A stretch of DNA of 64,000 nucleotides. Origin: Patescibacteria group bacterium. GTDB lineage: Bacteria > Patescibacteriota > Microgenomatia > Levybacterales > UBA12049. Shown piece after piece: positions 52,209-64,000 of the stretch (positions within the stretch are counted from its first letter, which is position 1; each line of letters opens with the position of its first letter). The notes below the pieces were generated by a model. The model made no database searches, had not been told where the DNA came from, and saw only the letters and a list, made by a program, of their open reading frames with translations. Both the position numbers and the translations under genes were made by a program. The stretch is from assembly GCA_035510535.1 (NCBI GenBank), contig DATKGY010000051.1, positions 6,882 to 70,881 of the forward strand. The letters are read 5' to 3'.

Positions 52209-53395
52209 AAGCATTATTTATCATTTTTCTTCTGGCTTTTCCGGTTACGGAAGTTGGTAGAGTACCATTACCTAATGGGGTGGCGTTCTCGCTCAATGAC
52301 ATTCTGCTTGTCGCTGTAATTTTGGTTTGGTTGGGAAGCCACATTTTAAAAAGACGAAAGTTTGTCTTCGGAAAATTAGGTAAACCAATTGTTGTCTTTT
52401 CCGTGATTGGATTAATGTCTTTGTTGGTTAATCTTCCCAGCTTAGGCGTCAATAATTTATTTATATCGTCACTTTATTTGGTGCGTTGGGTTGCTTATGC
52501 CCTTATTTACGTTATTGTTAGCGAGTTTGAACCGAAGTTCAAAAACAAAATCTCTTATTGGTTGCTTTTCTCAGGTTCTATTGTTATTTTTTTGGGTTAT
52601 GTTCAATATTTTTTCTATCCAAACCTACGGAACCTTTTCTATTTAGGGTGGGATGTGCATCTTTACCGGATGTTTTCCAGTTTCCTGGATCCTAATTTTG
52701 CCGGAGCATTTTTTGTTTTATTCTTTATATTTTCTTTGGTTCTTGGTTTAAAACATTTCAGAAAAAAAGAGAATTTCAAGTCAGGAATAATTTTTCTTAT
52801 CGCTATCACCGATTTTATAGCAGTTTATTTAACGTATTCCCGCAGCGCGTTAATCATGCTCATCGTGACGGTTGTAACGTATCTAATAGTTCAAAGACAA
52901 AAAAGATTAATTGTAGCAGCAATAATTGGGTTAATCGCAATTATTTTCTTCCTACCAAAATCTTTTACCACCGAGGGAACAAATCTATTAAGAACCGCTT
53001 CCGGTGTTGCGAGGATAGAATCGCTGCAAACCGGCGTCAAGATCTTCCAACAAAGTCCTATTTTAGGAGTTGGATTTGACGCTTACCGCTATGCCCAGCA
53101 TAAGGTTGGACTAAATAGTCTTTATTGGCAAGTAATCCATTCGGGTGCGGGAACGGACAACGGCTTCTTGTTTATCCTCGCCACAGCGGGAATAGTTGGT
53201 CTGGCGGCTTTTTTGTACATATTGTTTAGTATTTTTTCGCTCGCAAAACAAAACCTCAAGAAAAATATTTATGCAGTGGTACTTTTTTCGGGACTGGCGG
53301 GACTAATCATTGACGGACTTTTCGTGAACAGTTTGTTTTACGTTTTGATTCTGGAGTGGGTATGGATTTTAAGTTCGCTTACTGAGAAAAGTTAA
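52196..53395 (+). CDS. O-antigen ligase / Wzy_C-domain membrane protein
   Basis: TYSRSALIMLIV...periplasmic loop...HSGAGTDNGFL is typical of the Wzy_C family. Confidence 0.65.
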   Translation: MGLLKALFIIFLLAFPVTEVGRVPLPNGVAFSLNDILLVAVILVWLGSHILKRRKFVFGKLGKPIVVFSVIGLMSLLVNLPSLGVNNLFISSLYLVRWVAYALIYVIVSEFEPKFKNKISYWLLFSGSIVIFLGYVQYFFYPNLRNLFYLGWDVHLYRMFSSFLDPNFAGAFFVLFFIFSLVLGLKHFRKKENFKSGIIFLIAITDFIAVYLTYSRSALIMLIVTVVTYLIVQRQKRLIVAAIIGLIAIIFFLPKSFTTEGTNLLRTASGVARIESLQTGVKIFQQSPILGVGFDAYRYAQHKVGLNSLYWQVIHSGAGTDNGFLFILATAGIVGLAAFLYILFSIFSLAKQNLKKNIYAVVLFSGLAGLIIDGLFVNSLFYVLILEWVWILSSLTEKS

Positions 53396-54098
53396 CTTTT
53401 AAATCTTTTTCGGCTTTATTTCCCGCTTGGTCAATAGCGACTATCTTAATTTGATTATCTCCGCTTTGCAGGGGAAGTGTGTAGGAAAAATTATTGTTGT
53501 CGTCAACCACTGCCCAAAAACCATTCACAGTTATACTTACCCCTGAATCCGTTTTCCCCGTAACGCTAATCGTATTCCCGGTGTTAACAGAATTTTTATT
53601 AAAACCTTGCCCATCTGAAGGCGATGAAACATCCAGCGCCGGCGGCGAATTTTTGTAAACTACGTCAATAGTGTCGGAGAAATCACTCTGCTTGTTGTTA
53701 AACTGCGCTTTCGCCTTAATTTGGTTGTCTACGCTGGTTAAGTCTTCGCTAAAACTAAAACTGCCATTTTTATCTGCATTAATTTGGTCAACGTTGCTGT
53801 TATTAACATAAAGTAACACTTGATAATCTTTTACCGATTGTCCGGAGATAACAATGTGGGCGCTACTTGTCGCTTGAGATAGGGGATTAAGCGTTGGAGC
53901 GGCAACATAATTTATCTGATTTCCGTTTTGAGTAGTCGTCTGGTTCTTGTTGCCGGAAATAAACAGGCTGAAGTTAACTAAAGCATCAATGCCAAACCTA
54001 AACAGCAAAAATAGGATTATCAAAATCCCGATAATGCTTAAAATCATCGTCCGCTTGGTCTTTTTCTCGAAATTTTTATTCAACCTCGATCTTCTCAT
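53379..54098 (-). CDS. Membrane-anchored extracytoplasmic protein with Ig-like beta-sandwich repeats
   Basis: N-terminal TM helix, then beta-rich repeats (GNTISVTGKTDSGVSITVNG...GDNQIKIVAIDQAGN). Confidence 0.45.
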   Translation of the reverse strand: MRRSRLNKNFEKKTKRTMILSIIGILIILFLLFRFGIDALVNFSLFISGNKNQTTTQNGNQINYVAAPTLNPLSQATSSAHIVISGQSVKDYQVLLYVNNSNVDQINADKNGSFSFSEDLTSVDNQIKAKAQFNNKQSDFSDTIDVVYKNSPPALDVSSPSDGQGFNKNSVNTGNTISVTGKTDSGVSITVNGFWAVVDDNNNFSYTLPLQSGDNQIKIVAIDQAGNKAEKDLKVNFSQ

Positions 54099-54490
54099 AT
54101 TTCATCAACGACCAACTCGTCATACCCGGTATTCTTATCAAAGACTCTTCTGAAGATTAAATTATCAAACTCAGCAATTACAACTTCTGCTGTTACTCCA
54201 ACGATCGACCCATTTTTTAAATGCCCGCCAAAAGCATTTCCTTTGTCATCTGAAAGAGCGATGTGTAAATGATCATTTCCTTTCTCTACGGTCCCGACGA
54301 GCGAGATTATCTCAAATGAACCAGTGTATGTTTTTATAACTTTTGCGCTGGCCATTCGGACAACAACTTTTGTTAGATTACCGACGCAAGTTAATATTAT
54401 TCCTGCTTTGATATTTTTCTCTTCAACGAATCTATCTATTTCCGTTCTCAAATCTTGTCCTGGTCTCAATCTAAATGCGTACGTTTTCAT
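54095..54490 (-). CDS. PPC (DUF296) domain protein
   Basis: 131 aa. YAFRLRPGQDL...ILTCVGNL...GHLH pattern of PPC/DUF296 proteins. Confidence 0.6.
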   Translation of the reverse strand: MKTYAFRLRPGQDLRTEIDRFVEEKNIKAGIILTCVGNLTKVVVRMASAKVIKTYTGSFEIISLVGTVEKGNDHLHIALSDDKGNAFGGHLKNGSIVGVTAEVVIAEFDNLIFRRVFDKNTGYDELVVDEI

Positions 54491-54515
54491 AAATGATATT
54501 ATTATTCGTTTTTTG

Positions 54516-54588
54516 AGCCGAAGGTGGGATTCGAACCCACGACTTACTCTTTACGAAAGAGTTACTCTACCAGCTGAGTTACTTCGGC
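54516..54588 (-). tRNA. tRNA-Thr (anticodon CGT)
   Basis: Hand-folded on the minus strand. Acceptor GCCGAAG/CTTCGGC, D-arm ACTC-AGCTGGTA-GAGT, anticodon arm ACTCT-TTCGTAA-AGAGT, T-arm GTGGG-TTCGAAT-CCCAC. Confidence 0.85.
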
Positions 54589-54635
54589 GCTACCTTATTT
54601 TATGAAATTATGTCCTAAAGAGCAAGATTTGAGGA

Positions 54636-55045
54636 TTATGTTCTAACTTTTCTTCTGCGGGCGACTTTAAGTTGCAAAAGAGATTTTGCCAGTTCGGCGT
54701 TGGCAACACGAAAGTCTTCTTCGGTCAGTTTTTCTTTCATCGCTTTTTGCGCCCGTTCTTTAGCTTCTTCAACTTTGGCAATTTCAATATCTTCGGCGTG
54801 AATGGCGTAGTCGGCCAAAACATTCACATGATTGTTTAAAACCTCCAAAAATCCGCCGGTAATAGCAAATAAATCGGAGTGCGAACCCTTTTTGATTACC
54901 ATTTCCCCAGGAGTAACTTTGGTAAGTAAATTAACGTGATTGGGAAGTATAGAAATCTCTCCGTCTATAGTAGGAATGGTTAATTCATCAACTTCTTCGG
55001 AAAGAACAACTTTTAGCGGGGTAATTATTTCTAAAACCAGTTTCA

Positions 55046-55046
<1 letters not shown>
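54636..55046 (-). CDS. atpC: F1 ATP synthase epsilon subunit
   Basis: 136 aa, last gene of the atp operon. Has the pattern expected of the N-terminal beta-sandwich followed by a C-terminal helical hairpin. Confidence 0.85.
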
Positions 55047-57290
<2,244 letters not shown>

Positions 57291-57293
57291 AGT

Positions 57294-58817
57294 TTAAGAA
57301 AAACTTTTTTTAAATCCTTCGGCTGCTTTTTCAATTTTCTTTAATAAATCCTCGGAAGGTTTCTGTCCGGTTGATAGCTCGTCTAATAGCTTTTGTTCTT
57401 TGCGCCGCATATAGTCGTGGAATTCCGTTTCAAAACGCGAAACATCTTCAATTGCGACATCATCCAAAGTCCCACTAGTTACCAGCCAGATGCTTAAGTA
57501 TTCTAAGGCTTCAGGCAAAGGTCCGTATTGCGGTTGTTTAAGAATTTCGACGGTTCGTTTTCCTCTTTCCAGCTGTTTGGTGGTGGCTTCGTCAAGTTCA
57601 CTGCCAAACTGGGCAAAAGCGGCTAAGTTATTATATTGCGCCAGTTCCAACCGCATTTTACCCGACAAAGATTTAATTGCGGATGTTTGTGCACTTCCAC
57701 CGACACGGGAAACCGAGTTGCCGGCATCAATCGCCGGTCTTATTCCGGCGTTAAATAGATCAGGCTGTAAGAAGATCTGCCCGTCGGTAATCGAGATGAC
57801 ATTAGTTGGGATATAGGCGGAAATGTCATTGGCTTGAGTTTCAATAATTGGTAAAGCCGTAATTGAGCCATTGCCGTTTTGCTTATTCATCTTAACGGCT
57901 CTTTCCAAAAGTCTGGAGTGGAGATAGAAAATATCGCCAGGATATGCTTCTCTTCCTGCGGGCCGTCTTAAAACCAAGGAAATCTGCCGGTAAGCCCAGG
58001 CGTGTTTAGTTAAATCATCATAGACAACCAAAACATCCTGACCTTTCTCCATAAAGTATTCGGCAATTGCCACGCCGGCATATGGCGCAAGGTATTGTAA
58101 TGCTGCCGGATCGGAAGCGGAAGCGACGACGACAATTGAGTAATCCATCGCACCGGTTTCCCTTAATTTTTCCACTACCTGGGCGATAGTACTTTGTTTT
58201 TGGCCGATAGCGACGTAAACACAAATCATCGGTTTTGCGCCTTTAATTTTACTGGCTTGTTTTTGGTTGATTATCGTGTCAATCGCAATGGCGGTTTTAC
58301 CAATTCCGCGGTCGCCGATAATCAGTTCCCGCTGCCCGCGGCCGATTGGAATCATCGTATCAATCGCCTTAATACCCGTTTTAACCGGTGTATTAACCGG
58401 TTCTCTTTGGATAACTCCGGCGGCAATTCGCTCCAGCGGCATGTGTTTACCGCCTTTAATTTTTGGTTTCCCGTCGAGCGGATCTCCCAAAGTCCCGACG
58501 ATCCTACCAATCAAGTTTTCCGAAACCTCGATACTTAAAAGTATACCGGTAGTTTTAACCGTGTCGTCCTCTTTAATGTCGGTGGATTTATCCAAAAGGA
58601 TAATCGAGCAATAATCTTCATCCAAATTTAAAACAACGCCTTGGGCGCCCTTATCAAAAATAACCAGCTCGGCCATCATCGCTTTGGATAGACCGGAGGC
58701 GACAATCACGCCGTCGGTATTTTTTTCGACAACACCGATATTCTTAGAAGCGCCGTCGGTCGTAAAGCTGGTCAGCTTTTTCTCTAATTGCTTAATAATT
58801 TCTTCAGAGCTGTTCAT
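57294..58817 (-). CDS. atpA: F1 ATP synthase alpha subunit
   Basis: GDRGIGKT P-loop, 507 aa. Confidence 0.95.
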   Translation of the reverse strand: MNSSEEIIKQLEKKLTSFTTDGASKNIGVVEKNTDGVIVASGLSKAMMAELVIFDKGAQGVVLNLDEDYCSIILLDKSTDIKEDDTVKTTGILLSIEVSENLIGRIVGTLGDPLDGKPKIKGGKHMPLERIAAGVIQREPVNTPVKTGIKAIDTMIPIGRGQRELIIGDRGIGKTAIAIDTIINQKQASKIKGAKPMICVYVAIGQKQSTIAQVVEKLRETGAMDYSIVVVASASDPAALQYLAPYAGVAIAEYFMEKGQDVLVVYDDLTKHAWAYRQISLVLRRPAGREAYPGDIFYLHSRLLERAVKMNKQNGNGSITALPIIETQANDISAYIPTNVISITDGQIFLQPDLFNAGIRPAIDAGNSVSRVGGSAQTSAIKSLSGKMRLELAQYNNLAAFAQFGSELDEATTKQLERGKRTVEILKQPQYGPLPEALEYLSIWLVTSGTLDDVAIEDVSRFETEFHDYMRRKEQKLLDELSTGQKPSEDLLKKIEKAAEGFKKSFS

Positions 58818-58819
58818 TC

Positions 58820-59170
58820 TTAGTTATTTATATATGATACCAAATTTTCGAAAGTATTTTTAAGGTTAAAATCATAGATAATGTCATTATCAACCAATTT
58901 TATTCCTGCAATAAGCGATTTGTCCTCGGAAAACTCCAGTCTTTTGCCTCGGAATATGGCTCCAAGTTCTTTTGTCAGTGCGCTTTTAGTATTCATGTCC
59001 GACATAATTACTTTCACTGTTTTAGCTTTCTCAAGGTTTTTTAAAAAGTTAATATATCGCTTAAGCTGGGTTCTGTTTAACAGTTTTGTAATCCGAGAGA
59101 CTCTTTTCCCGTCCAATAAGTTTCCTGAGTAGCTGGTTATTGCCAATTGTTTTATTTGCTTTGTCGTCAT
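58820..59170 (-). CDS. atpH: ATP synthase delta (OSCP) subunit, short form (116 aa)
   Basis: Position between atpF and atpA. Only the C-terminal OSCP-like part (LIAGIKLVDNDIIYDFNLKN) is recognisable. Confidence 0.65.
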   Translation of the reverse strand: MTTKQIKQLAITSYSGNLLDGKRVSRITKLLNRTQLKRYINFLKNLEKAKTVKVIMSDMNTKSALTKELGAIFRGKRLEFSEDKSLIAGIKLVDNDIIYDFNLKNTFENLVSYINN

Positions 59171-59172
59171 AA

Positions 59173-59676
59173 TTAATTTGCCTTTTTGATATTTTTAAGC
59201 GCTTTTTCCAGTATTTGTTTTTGTTCTCTTTCCCCAAAAACTCCTTGTAATGATTTCTCCAGCATTTCCTTAGCTAAAATACTAATTTTTTCTCCGAGCT
59301 CCGTTTCTATACGCTTTGCGTCCTGTTCTATCTGCGCTTTGGCGTCCAGCAGTATTTTTTCCGCCTGTTTTTTGGTATTTTCTTCTACTTCTTTGGAAAC
59401 TTCTAGCGCTTGTGTTTTAGCGTCGGCTATCAATGACTTTGTCTCCTCGTGCGCTTTGGCAAAAATCATTTTTTCCTGCTCAAGCGTTCTTTCAAGCGTA
59501 ACTCTTGCTTCTTCCGCCTGCTTAATTCCTTCCTTGATTTTATCTTCCCGCTTTTTAAGCATGCCTAAAACCGGCTTATACAGAAAGCGTTTGAGCAAAT
59601 AAAATATGATTAAGAAATTTATAATTTGGGCGCCCAACAAAATTGGGTCGACCCCAAAGTTTTTCAATATTTCCAT
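59173..59676 (-). CDS. atpF: Fo ATP synthase subunit b
   Basis: N-terminal TM helix plus a long charged coiled coil. Operon position. Confidence 0.85.
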   Translation of the reverse strand: MEILKNFGVDPILLGAQIINFLIIFYLLKRFLYKPVLGMLKKREDKIKEGIKQAEEARVTLERTLEQEKMIFAKAHEETKSLIADAKTQALEVSKEVEENTKKQAEKILLDAKAQIEQDAKRIETELGEKISILAKEMLEKSLQGVFGEREQKQILEKALKNIKKAN

Positions 59677-59680
59677 AAGC

Positions 59681-60633
<953 letters not shown>

Positions 60634-60718
60634 CCTCTTTATTTTAAAGATAACCCAAGCTCAAGTCAAGAAGAAAAACATATTTTCAATGAATCTTTTG
60701 TGATATAATTCAATTGTT

Positions 60719-61300
60719 ATGAGTCTTGAAGTGAGAACAGCAGCTGAGCAAGAAGCAAAAAAACAAGCTTGGCTTAAAGATTTATCTCAATTTATCGTAA
60801 AAGCAAATCTTGTAACTTGGGCAGGAGAAGGGAAAGAAGTACCTGCACAACGTCCTGGATATAAAGATTTGGAATATCCAAAACAAGAAACTCCTGGAGC
60901 AATTCCACAACAAGGATTTTACTTAAGAGATAGTTATACGGGATATTTTAGAGCGCCTGGTATGACCACTGTTTACTATAACGGAGAACCCGCTTGGACA
61001 ATGTCTTATGGTGGACACGGACAAACTGAAGGTCATGAAGACAAAGCAAATAGAACTTTTGGATTTCTAAGAGAAGCTCTTAAAAAAGTTACTCCTGAAC
61101 TTCCTTTCCGTGGGCCAAGAGAGTTGGTAATTGATGATAAAAAATATGAGTTTGAAATGCTTGAAGGAACAATTGAAGATGGAACGTGGAGAGAAAAAAT
61201 TACCGAAGGCGGAGAGCTTACTTTTACGCAGACTGGAATTGTCGGAATTGTTGTAGCTAGAGATCAAAACAGACAACCTGTCTACCCCTGGAATAGATAA
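60719..61300 (+). CDS. Conserved hypothetical protein, DUF5680-like
   Basis: The pattern WAGEG...YLRDSYTGYF...GEPAWTMSYGG recalls DUF5680. Assigned from memory, not from a search. Confidence 0.4.
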   Translation: MSLEVRTAAEQEAKKQAWLKDLSQFIVKANLVTWAGEGKEVPAQRPGYKDLEYPKQETPGAIPQQGFYLRDSYTGYFRAPGMTTVYYNGEPAWTMSYGGHGQTEGHEDKANRTFGFLREALKKVTPELPFRGPRELVIDDKKYEFEMLEGTIEDGTWREKITEGGELTFTQTGIVGIVVARDQNRQPVYPWNR

Positions 61301-61316
61301 AATAAAGCCTCCCAAG

Positions 61317-64000
61317 TCAAGAAGAAAAATCTCTAATTCCCCGGATTTTTTCAGCGATGATGACAGGTTTTTCATTTTTGGAATCAATTTTTCCATCAAT
61401 TAAGATGACGCTTTCTTTAACCAGGAAGCTTTTGTAGATATCAAATATCTTAGGGAAAACTACGCATTCCAAAGTGATGCCGTTTTCGTTGGCGATTGTC
61501 ACGAAAGCCATCTCTTTGCCGGATTTTTTAGTAAAAATACGCCTGACGGCTTCCACAATACCGCCAACAGTTACAACGGTTTGCTCTTTTTCTTCTTCAA
61601 GAAGTTCAATTTCATGAGTAATGACTCCCTTAATCCGCATTAAATTATCAAGTTGTGGATGAGCTGTGAGATAGAGGCCCAAAAACTCTTTTTCAAAAGC
61701 CAATTTTTCATCGGAGGTAAAGTCCTCAAAATCCTTAGCGGATGATTTTGGTGAAGCGTCAAGATTTACTTCGTCTCCAAATAAACTCGTTTGACCTTTA
61801 ACTCCTTGTTTTTTCTTTTTGGTCGAAGTGTCGACAATGTCAGGAAAATCGATTAAAAGCTGCGCCCTTTTACCGAATAAATCCATAGCGCCGGCCTTAA
61901 TTAAACTCTCCATAGTCTTTTTATTAATAGTGCTAAGTTCAACTCTGGTACAAAAGTCCTCAAAAGATTTGAAATCTCCGTTGGCTCTGTTTTCAATTAT
62001 GTTTTTAATTGCTGCCGTACCGACGTTTTTAATTGCCGAAAGTCCGAACCGAATTCTCGTGCCTTCCTCAATTGAAAAATCTTCGTCCGATTTGTTAATA
62101 TCGGGAGGAAGAACCTGAACTTTTAGTCTTTTACATTCTGCCACCGCCTGGGCAATTTTTTCATTTTTTACCGGCCCAGTTGTGCCCCTGGATTCGGCGG
62201 TTAGAAGTGCGGTCATAAACTCAACGGAATAATGCGCTTTTAAATAAGCGGTACGAAAAGCAATTGTGGCGTAACAGGCGGCGTGAGCCTTCCCAAAACC
62301 GTAACCGGCAAAAGGTTCAAAAAGCGTCCATAATACCTCAGCCTTTGGTTTTTGCATGCCATTGTCAACGCAGCCTTGCACAAAGTGGTCGTGTTCTTTT
62401 TTCATTTCCAAGGCAATCTTTTTACCGACGGCTTTTCTTAATTTGTCTGCTTCCAACCATGAGTATCCGGCCACTTTGATAGCGGTTAATAAAAGATCAT
62501 CCTGAAAGGTGATGATGCCATAAGATTCTTTTAAAACATCTTCCAGCCTTGGATCAGGATATTTAATTAGTTTCGGATTATTCTTCCGCTTTATAAACTC
62601 CGGGATATTAGCCATCGGACCGGGTCGGTAAAGCGCCACCATCGCTTGTAAATCAAAAATTGTGGTTGGTTTTAACTCTTTGATATACCGCCTCATTCCG
62701 GGAGATTCCAGCTGAAAAATGCCGGTTGTTTCACCTGAGGCCAAAAGTTCGTATGTTTTTACGTCCTCAAACGGAATTGTGGAAAAATCAACTGTTTTGC
62801 CTTGATTGGCCTGAATAAATCTTAAACTCTCCTGAATAATAGTCAAATTGCGAAGTCCCAGAAAGTCCATTTTTAAAAGTCCGACGCCGTCGTAATCAGC
62901 ACCAATAGAATACATATCATATTGGGTGATAATTTTGTCACCGTTAGACTCTCTTTGTAGAGGCGTGTACTCGGTAATATCTTTATCGGCGATAACCACA
63001 CCGGCGGCGTGTACCGATGCGTGGCGCGCCACGCCTTCGACTTTCCTGGCTAAATCTAAGATTTTACGGGTATCTTCTTCAATACTGTAGGCAATCTTAA
63101 GTTCCGGACTCTGTTCTAGCGCTTTATCAATAGTCATTGCATGACCTTGCCAGCCGGGCGGAATCATTTTTGAAATACGATCGGGGATAGCGTAAGGATA
63201 GCCCAAAACCCTTCCGATGTCTCTAACCGAGCCCCTGGCTTCCATAGTCCCAAAAGTAATAATTTGGGCAACTTTATCGCGGCCGTATTTTTCGGTGACA
63301 TATTCAATAACTTCATCGCGCCGATTATCCGCAAAATCTAAGTCAATATCTGGAGGAGAAGGCCGCATCGGATTTAGAAATCTTTCGAAAGGCAATTTAA
63401 AATATAAGGGATCAATATCGGAGATGCTTAAAGCATAAGAAACAATTGAGCCGGCATTGGAACCTCTTCCCGGACCAACGGTTATTCCCTGCGCTTTGGC
63501 CCAGTTGACAAAATCGGCCACAATTAAAATATATGTTTCATAGCCCTTTTTAAGAATAATAGACAGTTCATAATCGGCTCTGTCGGTAATTTCCTTAGTG
63601 ACTGTTTTGTATCTTTTCTTTAAGCCTTCGGTAACTTTAACTTGAATAAACTCGGCCGCCGTTTTACCATCGGGTACTTCCAAAATTGGCATAATCCATT
63701 TACCCAAAGGGATTTCTACGTTGCACATTGCGGCGATTTTGACCGTATTTTCAATTGCCTCCGGCGTTTGGACAAACAAACCGGTCATTTCTTCAGGCGA
63801 TTTAATATAAAAATCAGGAGAGGAGATCATTGAAAGTTTCCGGCCTTTGGTATCAACGGTAGTTTGGGTTTGAATGCAAAGTAGTGCTTCTTGGGCATCT
63901 GCGTCGGTATCGTGCACATAGTGGTTATCATTTGTAGCGACTAGAGGAATACCTAATTTCTTCGACATCTCTATCAATTTCGCATTCAAAACTTCCTGAT
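61317..64000 (-). CDS. dnaE: DNA polymerase III alpha subunit (DnaE). N-terminal PHP domain is truncated by the window edge.
   Basis: LLKMDFLGLRNLT, GKAHAACYA, HhH and OB-fold regions. The ORF stays open to the window end. Confidence 0.9.
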   Translation of the reverse strand, partial: QEVLNAKLIEMSKKLGIPLVATNDNHYVHDTDADAQEALLCIQTQTTVDTKGRKLSMISSPDFYIKSPEEMTGLFVQTPEAIENTVKIAAMCNVEIPLGKWIMPILEVPDGKTAAEFIQVKVTEGLKKRYKTVTKEITDRADYELSIILKKGYETYILIVADFVNWAKAQGITVGPGRGSNAGSIVSYALSISDIDPLYFKLPFERFLNPMRPSPPDIDLDFADNRRDEVIEYVTEKYGRDKVAQIITFGTMEARGSVRDIGRVLGYPYAIPDRISKMIPPGWQGHAMTIDKALEQSPELKIAYSIEEDTRKILDLARKVEGVARHASVHAAGVVIADKDITEYTPLQRESNGDKIITQYDMYSIGADYDGVGLLKMDFLGLRNLTIIQESLRFIQANQGKTVDFSTIPFEDVKTYELLASGETTGIFQLESPGMRRYIKELKPTTIFDLQAMVALYRPGPMANIPEFIKRKNNPKLIKYPDPRLEDVLKESYGIITFQDDLLLTAIKVAGYSWLEADKLRKAVGKKIALEMKKEHDHFVQGCVDNGMQKPKAEVLWTLFEPFAGYGFGKAHAACYATIAFRTAYLKAHYSVEFMTALLTAESRGTTGPVKNEKIAQAVAECKRLKVQVLPPDINKSDEDFSIEEGTRIRFGLSAIKNVGTAAIKNIIENRANGDFKSFEDFCTRVELSTINKKTMESLIKAGAMDLFGKRAQLLIDFPDIVDTSTKKKKQGVKGQTSLFGDEVNLDASPKSSAKDFEDFTSDEKLAFEKEFLGLYLTAHPQLDNLMRIKGVITHEIELLEEEKEQTVVTVGGIVEAVRRIFTKKSGKEMAFVTIANENGITLECVVFPKIFDIYKSFLVKESVILIDGKIDSKNEKPVIIAEKIRGIRDFSS

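Overview
The window is AT-rich, roughly 33-45% GC by hand counts on sample lines. Its gene content looks like a streamlined bacterium of the CPR/Patescibacteria type; that assignment is an inference from compact core operons, short protein variants and DUF5659/DUF5680-like proteins.

Layout:
- 1-11.9 kb: a dcw-type cell-wall and division cluster (murE-like, murC, murA, NTP-transferase, yvcK-like, mraY, ftsW, murG, ftsQ-like, ftsA, ftsZ).
- 11.9-21.5 kb: an accessory island starting immediately after ftsZ. It holds a tyrosine integrase, a SpoVG-like gene, a DUF5659-like gene, a CAP-domain protein, an AT-hook/SDH-type Clp-fold protease, orphan genes and a dual-HTH protein. It ends in a segment of about 1.7 kb at about 58-60% GC that encodes an uncalled Flp pilin and a surface protein.
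- 21.5-30 kb: a TraD/VirD4/HerA-like ATPase, ileS, rodA, rplU, rpmA, parB, lepB and tRNA-Val.
- 30.7-53.4 kb: a secreted lectin-like/C39-like protein, then a glycosylation locus of about 21 kb. The locus contains several GT2/GT4 enzymes, a polyprenol-phosphate-sugar-synthase-like GT2, five polytopic GT-C-like membrane proteins, a flippase, an O-antigen-ligase-like protein, rfbC and a C-methyltransferase. An orphan AAA+ ATPase interrupts it.
- 53.4-64 kb: an Ig-like membrane protein, a PPC/DUF296 protein, tRNA-Thr, the complete F1Fo ATP synthase operon, a DUF5680-like protein and dnaE, which is truncated by the window edge.

The main finding is that the last 8-11 codons of ftsZ, which encode the conserved FtsZ C-terminal peptide [10 protein letters not shown], recur four more times downstream. 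These copies lie at 17.2, 18.44, 18.5 and 19.25 kb. In the three well-preserved copies every substitution relative to the live gene is synonymous. The copies separate single-gene modules downstream of the integrase. I read this as repeated site-specific integration into the 3-prime end of ftsZ, a target I do not recognise as described.

No CRISPR array and no rRNA gene were seen.
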